This document shows, one piece after another, positions 40,429 to 54,001 of a DNA stretch of 64,000 nt (positions are counted from its first letter, which is position 1; each line of letters begins with the position of its first letter). Under the pieces are notes generated by a model. It did no database searches. It was not told where the DNA came from and saw nothing but the letters and a program-made list of their open reading frames with translations. The translations under genes and the position numbers were made by a program. The DNA lies in assembly GCA_964016885.1 (NCBI GenBank), contig OZ024743.1:353710001-353774000 (forward strand). The letters are read 5' to 3'. This DNA comes from Eledone cirrhosa. Lineage: Eukaryota.

Positions 40429-43278
40429 ATGAAGGTACCCAGAAAAAACCCATATCTCGGGAACATGTGCACCGATTTACTCAAAACTTGTTTTATTCCA
40501 TTTGTATTCCCATTTCAGGGGCAACTTCCTTTCAAAGTATTTCCCCATTATGCGCCCTTTTGGCTTTAATACATTACATACAAGCAAGCAATCACATACT
40601 TTTAGTATTATATAGATATAAGACACGAAATAATGTTCATTTAGAGGAATAAAATAAATGTAACTATAAAATATGGAAAACTTCAATATCAGTTAAATAA
40701 AGGTCTTCACCTTACAAAGAAAGAAAGATTTACATTGTTCACGCTTTCTTGAAGCATATTTGGGGAGTCAGCTTCAAATTTTAGTTGAAGTTATATCGAG
40801 CTTTCATCAAGAATGTATCTCTTGATCTACATTATTCATCACAAAATCGAACCCATTTAGGTCACTTCGTGTCCTAAATGGGTTCGATTTTGATTTTATA
40901 GATTCTGGAGGAAATAGTAAAGAATTTCAAGTAAAATTTCCCCTATCTTCAAGAAGATTGTCTCAGAAATATATGCAGTTTTCTTCTAACTTTCAAGTAT
41001 AATTCTATTCACCTTATACAAATTTTAAATCTACACCAGTACTTGACTGATCCACAATTTATCGAAACGGCAAGGGCTAACACCAAAGATGACCTCAGAA
41101 CATTAAGAGACATAACTAAAAAAAAAACAAAAAAAAAAACACGGAAACCTTTGCCTACCGTAACGATCCTGCCAATCCATTGAACGAATGAACATTTCCG
41201 TACGAGATTAATGTTCTGTTAAAATTCACTTTTAACCTATTTACTGCTATCGCCAAAATGCATATAAATTGTATAGTTTAGGGAAGAAATGCATTGAATT
41301 TGATGTTGTGGTAGTTGTTGATGTTGTTAACCCTGATCTAACATACTTATCTTGACCGATCATCTTTAATTTTGCAAACATAGTGTATATGAGATTATAG
41401 GACCCAATGCGCCCTTCGAATTTCAAGACGGTAGGTTGATTAGTCTGCTATTTCTAACAGTTCTAGCACTAACTAGATGTCCCATCTACGAATCCTTGTG
41501 ATAGTATTTGCTGTTGAAGTTAGTTTGTTGCTGTCATTTATCGCCAAATTTGCCCTGATCGAGCATACCTATGTTCAAAGCACTTCAATTTTGCTCAATC
41601 ACGCCTTTCATTAAGACACTGTGTATTTGGACTACATTAGGCGTAATTTGAAAAAATAAATTGGCTGCTATTTATAGCAATTCGAATGATTGAGTTGAAA
41701 CTTGTTGCTGTTGTACTTTAAAACTGGATCGACTCTGAGTGAGCAGAATTGAAATTAGAAGTATTCCAGCCACAGAGGTATCTAGAACTACATAATCAAA
41801 GTATTCTTTACTTTTTAAGTCTGCAGATTGTGAGTTTAGGAACATTTGGCTGCTATTTTTAATAGGTTGTACGGCTGAATAGAGGCTACCTGTTTAGTTT
41901 ATTGGTGGTATTGTTATTGGTTTGTTGATGTCAGTGATAGTAGTGGTGTTTCGTCAGTATTTGTTGATATGAGAGATACAGTGAAAACGTCGTAAAGAGT
42001 CGGAGTGTAACATTTAAGTGATGACCAAAGCCAAGTTTACTACAAAATTTTCTACTTCAGTGTAATAACATTCAACGTATATTTGCTCACGCTACATCAA
42101 TAGCCAAGTATGTTTGCATTTATGAATTTGATTGATCCATCCATTTCATTTTACCGTGGGTATTGGCTTTTTAAAAAACATTTCTGTTGTAGTAATGAGG
42201 ATAAAATTAAAAATATCATTTCCCATTCACATATGTGACGCAATTTGCCCATTACTGGTGTGGACACGGATAGATTAATTAAATGAATAAAAAATATAGA
42301 AAAATGTAATTAAGGTAATCACATTCACCAGTTTGTTTATGTTCATTTTCACACTATAGACTTGATGGCAGGCTTTCACAAATTCAAATGGATATGGACA
42401 TTTTCCTTTTCTCTTCAAGCCCTTTTCATTTGATATTAGATTGCAGCCATAATCTCGCATGTGTTATATTTTCAGCAGGATAAACATTTACACTGGTTCA
42501 TCACATTTTATTGCCTTCCAGAAAATCAGCCAGTGAACTGGCCTTTCTGTAAGGAACACATTAACTGACATAAAACAGCCAGGGAGACTCGCCTTCAAGT
42601 AAATTTATGTATTCGTTACATAGTTAACGAGGTCACTAGTGGATTTTCTTGAAGGCCAAAAACCAATAGAATATGAAGAACCAGTATATATTTTTGCCTG
42701 CCTTAAGTAATATACACACACGAGAATATATCTACTTTATTTCTGAAAAAAAAAAAAAAGCATGCGATGCAACACTTATGATGAATACTTGTTCTTCTCC
42801 CGTATAGTGAAGTGATAAAGAAAATGGCGAAAGTAATAGCCATAATCTTAAATTAACAATTACGAACTGTACAGATTCTAGAGTGAATGACAATCAAATA
42901 TATCAGATGGGATTCAAATGACAAAAACTTACTGGAAGTAAGATAATGAATATATCCATAAGATGGTGAGAGTGAATCATTTACGGATAATAGATAACCT
43001 ACTCTAAATTAAATCGGTAAAGCAATATTAAAAAAATGACCGACATTCTGATACGAATTGTATGAGATATTGGAGCATTTGATATCTACTCTGGGTGTGC
43101 GCGCGTGTGAGTGTACTTGTGTGTGTGTGCGTGCGTGTGTGTGCACGTATGTATGTGTGATAGAGCAACAAGTGAGTTCATAGTAAATCAATTCAGTAAA
43201 CGGAATTCTATTTGTTGCTGATACCAATTCACTTTAAACTGCATATAAAAGCAATATATGAGCGAAGCAGTCTAATTA

Positions 43279-44986
43279 CACCGTGTAACAAAAACATTTT
43301 TTTTCTCTGTTCCTGGCTTGTAATCACTTTTTTGTGTTGCTTAGGTCCCAAATAAAAAAAAAAAATGCTATTAAACAGTTAAAAGTTTGGGTCTGTAAAA
43401 ATTCTAAGCTATTCACTAGAATTATTTGTATGCTGGATTTTACGTTGTATGTAAGTTTAATTTGCTTATGTTAAATGATTTTTATATATATGTTTCAGGT
43501 TAAATTAAAATTATAAAATAAAGAGTAATACCTAAAGAAAATTATAAAAGTGCAATAAAATATAAAATTGTTAAAAAGTCGATTAAAGAGATTTATTGAT
43601 ACTGGATTTTCGCATTTTAAGCATTCGTCTCCAGGATGAAGCAGTGGAACTTGGTCAAGGAGGAAGTGCAGGTGACAAGTCAGAGAAGTCGACACGAACC
43701 TTTCTCAGGCTTTTACACTCTTAGGGATGGCCTCTGCTTCTGCCATGACGTGCCTGAACTGTTTGATGTTATTGAGGTGCCGTTTGTGCCCAAGGAGTGG
43801 CAGCTATTTATAGACAGCTCCACCACAAGTTTGAAGGCTGTCCTCCTCCACAATGGAAACAAGTTCCCGACACTGCCCCTAGCTCATTCAGTTTTCCCGA
43901 AGGAAGATTACTACAGTGTGAAAGTCGTCTTAGAAGCTCTGTAATACAACCAGTACAATTGGGAAATCATTGGAGACTTCAAGATGGTGGCTTTCCTGCT
44001 TGGACTCCAAGGAGGCTTTATCAAATTCTAATGCTACCTCTGCAGAACCACCTCTGACCACTACAAAAGAAAGAACTGGGAGCAGCGAACAGAATTTGTA
44101 GTTGGGACCCGGAACGTCATGTTGGAGCCACTGGTTGATCCCAGGATTGTGCTCATGCCGCCACTGCACATTAAGTTGGGGTTGATGAAGCAGTTTGTGA
44201 AGGCTCTCAACCAAGAATCATCCGCTTTTAAGTACCTTCTTGAGTTCTTCCTCAAGTTATCTGAGGCCAAAATCAAAGGTGGAATTTTTGTTGGACCTCA
44301 GATAAAGAAGGTGTTTGAGTCTACCGAGTTCTCCAATAAGCTCTATAGGATTGAGAGAACAGCATGGAACTGTTTCAAGGCAGTTGTTAAGGGCTTCCTG
44401 GGCAACTACAGAGATGAAAACTACCAGAAACTGGTGCAGGATCTGGTAAAGGCTTTTGGCGCCATGGGATGCAGGATGTCACTTAAACTCCATATGTTGG
44501 ACGCTCACCTGGAAAAATTCAAGGACAATATGGGCGCCTACTCAGAAGAACAAGGCGAACGATTCCACCAAGATGTGAAAGAGATAGAGCGGAGGTACCA
44601 AGGCCACTACAATGAAAAAATGGTGGGGGACTATATCTGGGGGCTAGTGCGGGAATGCGACCTGGACTACAACCGCAAATCCAGGAAATCCAGTAATTTC
44701 TGACGTGTATAAGTTGCTTTATAAGTGTTATTTGTTTTTACTTGTTTGCTTTTGATAAGCTTGTGTAATAAAATAAATATATACTCTGTTGATTTAATTA
44801 TATGAACTGATAAATTTAAAAAAAATGTATTTTTTCTTGAAAAATATGAACATTTCGAAATATCAAACTCCTGACCACAAACCCAAACTTCTGATTAAAT
44901 AATAGTGTTTTTTTAATAATAATGGGATATAACAAACCATGAAATGACACTTAGAACCGGGGAACAAAAAAATATGTTACACGGTG
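43279..44986 (+). mobile_element. Chapaev3-like (CMC superfamily) DNA transposon
   Basis: TIRs caccgtgtaaca / tgttacacggtg extending imperfectly; 3-bp TTA TSD. Confidence 0.85.
43636..44703 (+). pseudogene. Chapaev3-type transposase, disrupted
   Basis: W.LFIDSS..SLKAVLLHNGN; PPLHIKLGLMKQFVKAL; MSLKLH.L..H; SEEQGERFHQD..E.RYQG; in-frame stops at about 43942 and 44029 plus a frameshift. Confidence 0.85.
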
Positions 44987-45852
44987 TTATCTTCTACCAT
45001 GAATCTGTGTCTTTGTGCTTATGTATATTTGTGTTTTTTCGTGCCTTGTTCCCGATGTTTCCCTTTCAGATATGTGTGTATTTCCCATCCTCTGTTATTT
45101 CTTTTGCATCCTATTTAGTTTAACGAATATATTTGGACTAAATCATTAATTTATCATATAGTCGCAAGATATCTTGGATGTCTTTTCGCCTCGTTTTCTG
45201 TATTGTTTCAAATTCCTGACAGCGCCTAACACATTTTATTTTTTCCGCTGTTGTGGAGTTCCGGAATTCTGGTTACTACTCTTACCACAAAGATCCGACT
45301 GAATGTTCCAGTTTGAGCAGTCAGTGACAGGAATTGTTTGTTTTGTTTCCGTATTTTCCATATTTAATTGGATTAACAACAGTTAATTAATCTCTCATAG
45401 ATCTGTTCTGATCTGTTTCTGTAATTTTGTTATTATTATCTAGTCTCACAAAATACCGTATCCAGATATTTTGTCCGGGGCCAATTCTCTTTCATTCTTT
45501 CGAGTGCCTCTACCTACAACTATGTCTTGTAATGTCGCTTGATCGACCTGCAAGCGTCTCTGACTCTGCGCTGAGAGGCTTTACTTTTGTTTTGATAGTG
45601 CTATTTCTCTTTGTCGATTTTGTGTTATTCTTGTCCAATGGACTGCGTGATTGTCTTATCATACAGCTTTACGTTGTATTTACGCCAGTAAATTGTTTCA
45701 TTACGTGTCACTGATATTTTCCATTTAAGCATATGTGTGTGTGTTCAGCCTCTGTCGTTTGTTTGTTTCACCAACGACTATATTTTGAGTGTATGATACT
45801 GTTTATTTTCATTTTATCCCGTTTGATTTTGATTGTATATATATATATATAT

Positions 45853-47069
45853 GGATTTTCTTTTTCGGGTGAATTTTACCAGCAGGTCTCTGGGGTAGCG
45901 ATGGGAACCAGAATGGGTCTAAACTATGCTAACTTGTTTGTTGGCTACGTCGAAGCCCAGATATTCTCCCAGTACGCTGGACCGACTCCTGAGCTATACG
46001 GTCGTTATATCGACGACTGTATCGGCGTCACCTCTCTATCACGAGAACAGCTCGACTGTTTTCTTTCTTTTGTCCTATCTTTCCATCCTGCTCTCAATTT
46101 CACCGCCTCCGTCTCCGATTCTTCTGTCGCTTTTCTAGATATCTCTCTATCTATTAATCACTCTCACCACACTCTCTACTTCCATCTACATTAAACCAAC
46201 AGACTCCCAATCTTATCTCGACTTCACCTCTTCCCATCCAACCCACACCAAACACTCCATAGCCTATTCCCAATTCCTCCGTCTTCGTCGACTCTGTAGC
46301 CAGGACAACGATTTCGAAACCTATTCCCTTCGCATGGCTTCTTGCTTCATCCAGCGTGGATATCCCCCCACCTTGATCCAAGCTGCTCTCACCCGCGCAC
46401 GTGAAACAGACCACACCACACCTATCTCACCTCACCCCGCCCTCCCAACACCAGTGTTCCTTTCCCTCTCACCTACCATCCCATCACCCTACCACTCCGG
46501 CGACATATCCTCCGTTCCTTCCGTATCCTCTCTTCTGACCCCGCCACTTCTAGCTGTTTTCCAAACCCACCCATTACTGCTTTTAAGCGCGCCCGAAACC
46601 TCCGCGACCTCCTGGTTCGGAGTTCTTTTCCGTTCTCTCCCAGGACTCCACCCGGCTCTCATCCTTGTTCCCGTTCCCGCTGCAACACTTGTCCCTTTAT
46701 TTCCACCCTCACCACTCTTACAGGCCCTAACGGGTCTTTCCGTATCCGACATTCCTTCACCTGCACATCCACCCACGTTGTCTATGCCCTCCGGTGTTCC
46801 CTTTTACGGGTCTTTATATGTCGGACAAACGGGACGCCGTATGGCGGACCGTTTTGCCGAACATTTGAGGGACATACGACTCGGTTTGGATACTCCTGAC
46901 GACCCCGCCCGTCCCCTCAATTTATTTTATTTCGCATTATTTCTTCTGATGAAGGACTAGCGTCCGAAACGTTAAGACCTTCTTCCTGCTGTATCAAGCG
47001 TTAACCTAATATATACCTTCCATATACTGTACCGATTGTGTTGTTATTTCTGTTTACCTTTTACATGCA
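45853..47069 (+). mobile_element. Second Neptune-type PLE, 5'-truncated and frameshifted, with 3' hammerhead, in (TA)n
   Basis: FYQQVSGVAMG, RYIDD, FLDI, KPTDSQSYL, C-x4-C-x2-C linker, LYVGQTGRRMADRFAEH. Confidence 0.9.
46942..46977 (+). ncRNA. Minimal type I hammerhead of PLE
   Basis: tctt CUGAUGA a ggac-tagc-gtcc GAA ACGU U aaga (palindromic stem III). Confidence 0.85.
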
Positions 47070-47089
47070 TATATATATATATATTATAT

Positions 47090-47358
47090 ATCCAGGGAGT
47101 GTAACGTGAAGTTACTGTAGGTTCACCCAGGTGAGCACTCGATGTTTAGGTTCAGGTCAGTGGCGAGGTGTAGAGCTAGACAGAGTGTAATATAATAATA
47201 CAACGACGATTTGTTAGGACTTCATTACTGCTGGGTCCGACGAGCTTTTGATTCCAAAGTTGGGCCAGATCGATACAGATCGAACCTTGAGCTGATCAAT
47301 AACGAACGCGCGTCACCAATCAATAAACGTAATGAAGGCTTAACAAATCGTCCTTGTA
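47090..47358 (+). mobile_element. Fold-back HHR mini-element (same family as 56060-56448)
   Basis: Antisense tail 47090-47228; HHR 47233-47318 ggt CCGACGA ... GA ACGCGCGU C acc (one core A lost). Confidence 0.7.
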
Positions 47359-47380
47359 TTATTATTATTATTATTATTAT

Positions 47381-47800
47381 ACTAGTAGAGGTACCCGGCG
47401 TTGCTCGGGTATAAATAGCAGTTGTGTATACCATTTATGTCAATACGTCAGTGCTGCTCACACAATCATCGGCTTCTTCCAAAAGGGGGTTCCTGCCCCC
47501 AGGGCTCCCCTACTCAATATGTGCCAATTCTGAGAGTTCACATTCATCTGTAGGACAAACGTAGCCCATGTGTCAAGTTTTGTGAAAATCAGTTGCGAAC
47601 TCCAGAAGTTATGACGTTTTGTTGCATTGCACTGCAGTGCTTCAGTTGACTCCAAGGAAGCAGTTGAAGAGGGTTATCTGCCGGGAGGCCCTATAATCAA
47701 TATCTGGAAAAATGAAAGTACTCATGACCATCCGGAGTACATAAGTAACCTATGTCTTAAGTTTGGTGAAAATACTGAATAAATGCATAAGGTTTATACA
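47381..47800 (-). mobile_element. Non-autonomous Helitron-like element
   Basis: Minus-strand 3' end acccg-agcaacgc-cgggt ...CTAG|T; the 5' boundary is uncertain. Confidence 0.55.
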
Positions 47801-48328
47801 TACGCGCGTGCGTGCGTGCGTGTGTGTGTGTGTTTATGTGTGTGTGTGTGTGTGTGTGTGTTTGTGGGTGTGTATGTATTTGTGTGTGCGTATGTATGTG
47901 TATGTCCGTCGGGGCATACGTATGTACTGGCCTAAATCTTCACTATTTACATTTACTATTTTAATTACCTCTGTCATTTTCGTTTTCAATTTTATTTACA
48001 TAATTCTTAAACTCCGGGGCTGGAAATCATTCTGTTATTTTAAATAGAATATTAGTCTAACGACTCCATTTATACCATAAACTTGGTCTTGTCTTTGCAT
48101 GAAATTGTTCTTCTCGACCCACATAACGACGTATTATCCTCTCCTTTTTTCCGTTCATTACCAGGGAACGTCTTCACGAACCAAAATATCGTCTTCCTGT
48201 TTTCCTTCGGTTGCAACGTTTCTCGAAATATTTACTTCTGCGTTCACAGATTAACTTTTTTAGTTTCAGAAGATCCCGTTAATGTTGAAAGCAGCGACTC
48301 TTTGCTTAAACTTTAATCTGTTCTTATA

Positions 48329-48437
<109 letters not shown>

Positions 48438-48746
48438 CAAAGAGAGAGATGTTTTGTACGGCTTTTGGAGGAAGGAGAGACCAACAGTACGTTGTTCGGT
48501 ATTATTACGAAAAGGTGTAGCAGAGAATCCCGCGTGAACTAACAGCTCGGGAGGAAACTGCTTACCTCGAAGATTCATTTGCTCTCGTTCTTGTCAACGC
48601 TCCGTTTACTTGGTATTTGTTGGTCTACAGTTAGATGAATGGCGCACAAAGGGTTAATGTTTATTGGCAAGAAACTTTTTGAATAATAAAAGACGGGTGA
48701 AAGCGACCTACAATGTATCTGGTATATATATATATATATATATATC

Positions 48747-49413
48747 AATGATGGTTGGAAGATCACTGATGAAGGACTAACTTTATTCATATGTAACCCA
48801 TTAGCAACCACGCAGCACGTTTATTCTCATACTTACACATATTTTTTCCCCCGCTGTGACCCGTCTATTTCGTTCTTACTGCTTCCTCTTTCTCTGTATC
48901 TTTACCCTCTCTAACAGTCACTCTCTCTGTTAGCCTCTTCCTCACCCTTCACTCACTCACTCTCTGTTACTACCTCTCCTCCTCCTCCTTCTTCCCGTTT
49001 GACCTGTGCATAATTCTTTTCTTTCGCACCCTTGGTCAGGCAGGTCGCTTTTTTTCTCTCTCTCGTCTACGATTTCACAGAACTTATGTTCACCGAATTC
49101 ACAGACTAGATCCCTTCTTCCTCCCGTTAGACCTGTACGGAATTCCCTCCTTGCTCACATTCCAACCAGGTTTGATGGTCTTTATTCTCTCTCGTTCACG
49201 ATTTCACCGAATTCATATTCATGGAAATTTGTGACTTCCTCACTTTTCGTTGCTTCACCATCTTTGTTTCTTTACACTCTCGTGTCCCCTTTATTTACGT
49301 GTCCCAACGACTTTTTTTAGCCGTTGTTCGCACCAACCGGAGGTATATGGTCTTTAAAGCGATGAAATACCAATGATGGTTGGAAGATCACTGATGAAGG
49401 ACTAACTTTATTC

Positions 49414-49415
<2 letters not shown>
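48747..49415 (+). mobile_element. Non-coding element with direct terminal repeats of about 45 bp, in (TA)n (PLE-like partial tandem)
   Basis: caatgatggttggaagatcactgatgaaggactaactttattcatat at 48746-48792 and 49371-49417. Confidence 0.6.
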
Positions 49416-49446
<31 letters not shown>

Positions 49447-49449
49447 GAT

Positions 49450-49534
<85 letters not shown>

Positions 49535-49551
49535 TACATACATATATATAT

Positions 49552-50290
49552 AATATTGTCATACTTTAGGAGGGCCATGTCGCCAATAAGAAACACACAC
49601 ACCAGTTGCTTTCACTCCAATTTATTATAAATTAAATTTATAAATTTAAGAATTTATAAATTTCCGGTTGATTGGTTCCACAACCTGACGGTTGTTCATA
49701 TATTGTCAAAGTTCTTTCGTCACACATTCTGTGACCTCTTCAGTGGCTGGGAATTCTTCTCTTTGTTTTGTGCCTCTCCTTTGTTCTGTCCTACGCCATC
49801 ATTATTTTTAACTTTATCATTATTTTCCCTCTATGTTTCTTTCTCTCTACCTTTATTTCTCCTTTAACCCCTTTTCTCTCCTCTTCCTATCCTCCTTTCT
49901 CTATGTCTTTTTCTCTATGTCTTTTTCTCTGTCTTTTTCTCTATGTCTTTTTCTCTCTCTATATTTCTCTCTGTTTTCCTTTCTCCTTTTTCTTTTTCTT
50001 TTTCTTTTTCCATTTTTCCTTCTTTCGTTTATCTATCTCTATTTCTCTCTCTATCTTTATTAGTAATATTATTAATGATGCTGCAATTTGACTTGAATTT
50101 ATAAATCCAACGGATATCCTAATTGTCTCTGATGATCTGATTAAGCTAACCTCGTATTTAAAATTGAGTGGCATTGCTTCTAGTGTTCAGCAATTTTTAG
50201 ACAACTTAATCAGTGAAATAATTGTTAGACTGTAAATGAATCGCTTTTTTGTACTGTTGACCATGTTATTCTTCACTTTTTCAATTTTAT
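49552..50290 (-). mobile_element. PLE 3' remnant with hammerhead at 49705-49747
   Basis: gcca CUGAAGA g gtcac-agaatgt-gtgac GAA AGAACU U tgac; upstream degenerate ITWS...LLNTRS EN-like remnant. Confidence 0.6.
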
Positions 50291-50342
50291 ATATATATAA
50301 ATATATATAAAGAGAGAGAGGGAGAAAGAGAGAGAGAGAGAG

Positions 50343-50393
<51 letters not shown>

Positions 50394-50396
<3 letters not shown>

Positions 50397-50497
50397 CATC
50401 AGCCTGATCTTTGAGCTGAGAGCTATATTTTTGTCATTCCGGATGGCCTTAAGTTTTGCAAGTGCTGCTGTGGTCTGGGCAGATCTGGCGAGTACTT
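50394..50497 (-). mobile_element. RTE-like LINE fragment
   Basis: Translates [33 protein letters not shown], the post-RT region typical of RTE-group LINEs. Confidence 0.6.
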
Positions 50498-50507
50498 ATA
50501 TATATAG

Positions 50508-50585
<78 letters not shown>

Positions 50586-50589
<4 letters not shown>

Positions 50590-51817
50590 GGAAAAAATGA
50601 AACGAAATTTCATTTCCCACTCTTAGTACGGCTGTTACTTAAATATAGGTATGTACACGTACATACATATATGTATACAGACGTACAGTAGTATGTACAT
50701 ATATATACATACATGCACACATATATATATGTACGTATGGATTCACCGAACATTTATTATAATGCTCGGTGTGCTTGTAAACATACATCCCGTATTAAGC
50801 CGCAGTGTCCAGCAACCATCATTGCTCGTTTGTTCAAGCACACCGAGCATTATAATAAATGTTCGGTGAATCCATACGCACATATATATATATATATGTG
50901 TGCATGTATGTATATATATGTATATACTACTGTACGTCTGTATACATATATGTATGTACGTGTACATACTTATATTTAAGTAATAGCCGTACTAAGAATG
51001 GGAAAGAATGAAATTTCGTTTCATTTTTTCCGTTCATCGGTTTCGGTGCACCCGGCCGATTAACCCACTCGATATGCAAATTGGGATACTCAGCCGTTAA
51101 TATGCATAAGGTAAGTATATACGTTCAACAATCTGGCAGGAAGGTATACGTTGCTGACGATAGCTAATAAGCTTGAAACTAGTACAGCGTTCCTTTGTCA
51201 GTGTTGAACAAACGAGCAACGATGGTTGCTGGACACTACGGCTTAATACGGGATGTTTGTTTACAAGCACACCGAGCATTATAATAAATGTTCGGTGAAT
51301 CCATACGTACATATATATATATATGTGCATGTATGTATATATATGTACATACTACTGTACGTCTGTATACATATATGTATGTACGTGTACATACTTATAT
51401 TTAAGTAACAGCCGTACTAAGAGTGGGAAATTAAATTTCATTTCATTTTTTGCGTTTATCGTTTTCGGTGCACCCGGCCGATTAACCCACTCGATATGCA
51501 AATTGGGCTACTCAGCCGTTATTATGCATAAGGTAAGTATATACGTTCAACAATCTGGCAGGAAGGTATACATTGCTGACGATAGCTAATAAGCTTGAAA
51601 CTAGTACAGCGTTCCTTTGTCAGTGTTGAACAAACGAGCAACGATGGTTGCTGGACACTACGGCTTAATACGGGATGTTTGTTTACAAGCACACCGAGCA
51701 TTATAATAAATGTTCGGTGAATCCATACGTACATATATATATATATGTGTGCATGTATGTATATATATGTACATACTACTGTACGTCTGTATACATATAT
51801 GTATGTACGTGTACATA

Positions 51818-51820
<3 letters not shown>
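50586..51820 (+). mobile_element. 422-nt HHR repeat family, locus B: inverted 5' arm plus about 2.3 head-to-tail units
   Basis: Antisense arm 50586-50837; HHRs 51148-51190 and 51570-51612 (CUGACGA uagc..gcuu GAA ACUAGU A cagcg); cleavage sites 51184 and 51606. Confidence 0.9.
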
Positions 51821-51893
<73 letters not shown>

Positions 51894-51895
<2 letters not shown>

Positions 51896-52683
51896 AAACG
51901 AAAGGAGGTGTGTGGTTACTGTAAACAAAGTTTAAGATGGTAGTATGGACAAAACAAAAGAAGAAAAGAAATCCTTCATCAGCTGTAAAATCGAGATCAA
52001 GATGTTTCGGCGCTTAATACAGGACATCTAAAAGTGATCAGCGGCGCGCCCAAGGCCTTTTATCGATCAAAGGGCCAGGTGGAAAGTAAAGCAAAAAGAA
52101 GAAAAAAAAGGGGAAAAATAGTGGGGAGAGAGGAAGAAAGAGAAAAAACGGGTAAACAGACAAATTGGTGGGGGGACAGAGGACAATGGAACATGCAAGT
52201 GAGTAATTGAGGAAAAAATAGACTAGCATAAGTTATAGCGTACCGATTAGACTTAAGTCTGGTGTGTGATAACATGAGTCCAGTGTTACCTTGGCATCTC
52301 AATCAAAGTGAAGAGAAAGAGAGAGAGAGAGAGATGGTGCAACCGGAAGTGAGAGTTTTACGACAGTTGTAAAACGTGTCGTAAACGATCGAAACCAGAG
52401 GAGTTTTACATCTGTGAAGCATGTCGTAAACGATCGAAAACGAGCAGATGGATAGAGAGAGAGGGAGAAAGAGAGAACGAGAGAGAGAGAGGAAAAACGG
52501 AAGGGGAGAGTCGATATGAAAGTGTGGTGCGTCCACAGATCGAGCAAAGCAGGTAGATGGGGGGGGGGGGGGTCACAGCGGTAAATACAAAATTATAAGA
52601 AACGAAAGGAGCTGTGTGGTTACTGTAAGCAAAGTTTAAGATGGTAGTATGGATGATACAAGAAAAGAAAAGAAATCCTTCAT

Positions 52684-52684
<1 letters not shown>
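51894..52684 (-). mobile_element. Non-coding element with direct terminal repeats of about 88 bp, next to (TA)n
   Basis: agaaacgaaaggag.tgtgtggttactgtaa.caaagtttaagatggtagtatgga...agaaatccttcat at 51894-51978 and 52598-52683. Confidence 0.6.
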
Positions 52685-53002
<318 letters not shown>

Positions 53003-53006
53003 GTAT

Positions 53007-53397
53007 AACCAAAGATTAGTATGGTTCGTTGATTACTCAATGAATACAATTTTACAATAGATAGAAGCACTCAACAGCAAGTTTTCCTGGAGTTTTTATT
53101 ATTATTCAAAATATTAACAAATGAAAAATATTCTCAGGTACTGTGTTGTTTTTTCAGTACGTCCTCATCAGACAAAATAAATGATTTGATATATGACATG
53201 CCGCTACGGTCTTGATTATTCAATTCTGCCAATACTGGAATTGAATAATCAAGACCGTAGCGGTATGTCATATATCAAATCATATATTTTGTCTGATGAG
53301 GACGTACTGAAAAAAAAAACAACACAGTACTTTTGAAATATATATAATAAAGTATATATTTTGATCATGAGAATATTTTTCATTTGTTAATATTTTG

Positions 53398-53403
<6 letters not shown>
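53007..53403 (+). mobile_element. Fold-back mini-element with hammerhead (53284-53355)
   Basis: Long inverted arms around about 53232; atattttgt CUGAUGA gga-cgtactg..cagtac-tttt GAA AUAUAUAU A ataaagtat; same family as 20464-20792. Confidence 0.8.
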
Positions 53404-53452
<49 letters not shown>

Positions 53453-54001
53453 AGGAAGTAATGAATAAACTTTTAAAGCACATGGTAAGACATGGATACA
53501 AAGATTAATTTTTAATATGGAGCCTTCGTAGGCGCTAATAGTGAGATTTGGGGATAATTCGGGGTTATGTCTAGTTTGCAAATGAGAGACGACTTGGAAA
53601 TTGTATCTTATTTACTTTAAGGTAGTAGAAGCTTTAACGTGTTTAAGATAGATCCACATTTTCTTCTAAAATAAGTGGGTTGGTTTCGGTTTGCTTTGAA
53701 AGACGTATGAATTTATTTTAGTTTATTCGTAATTTTATTTATTTGCTTACGATCTCAGTAAAGTTTGGGATGTTTGCCGTGCGGTAGTAATTTTTGTATT
53801 CAATTTTACATCGAAACTATAGAGCCTTAAAATGTATGATATGAAAACGTACTTCAGAATTTAGCTTTGTTTAGATGTAATAAAATTCTATAAACTTTTG
53901 TTTATAGAATTTTATGCTTATATATATTTTATGCTTGAATATTTAAATAATCTTGATTGCGGTTTGTATTCGAGTGTATATATTTTGTTTATTTTATATT
54001 A

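Noticed and set aside
41320-41890. Degenerate repeated units (also at about 7130-7400 and 37130-37290)
   Set aside because: Old interspersed or tandem repeat; no hammerhead core found and the family is not assignable
50128-50160. Lone CUGAUGA motifs (also at 5039, 13271 and 56625)
   Set aside because: No stem II closing onto GAAA and no UH site
51965-52050. Possible type II hammerhead on the minus strand (cc GAAACAUC...CUGAUGA a gg)
   Set aside because: Stem I cannot form and stem III is mismatched
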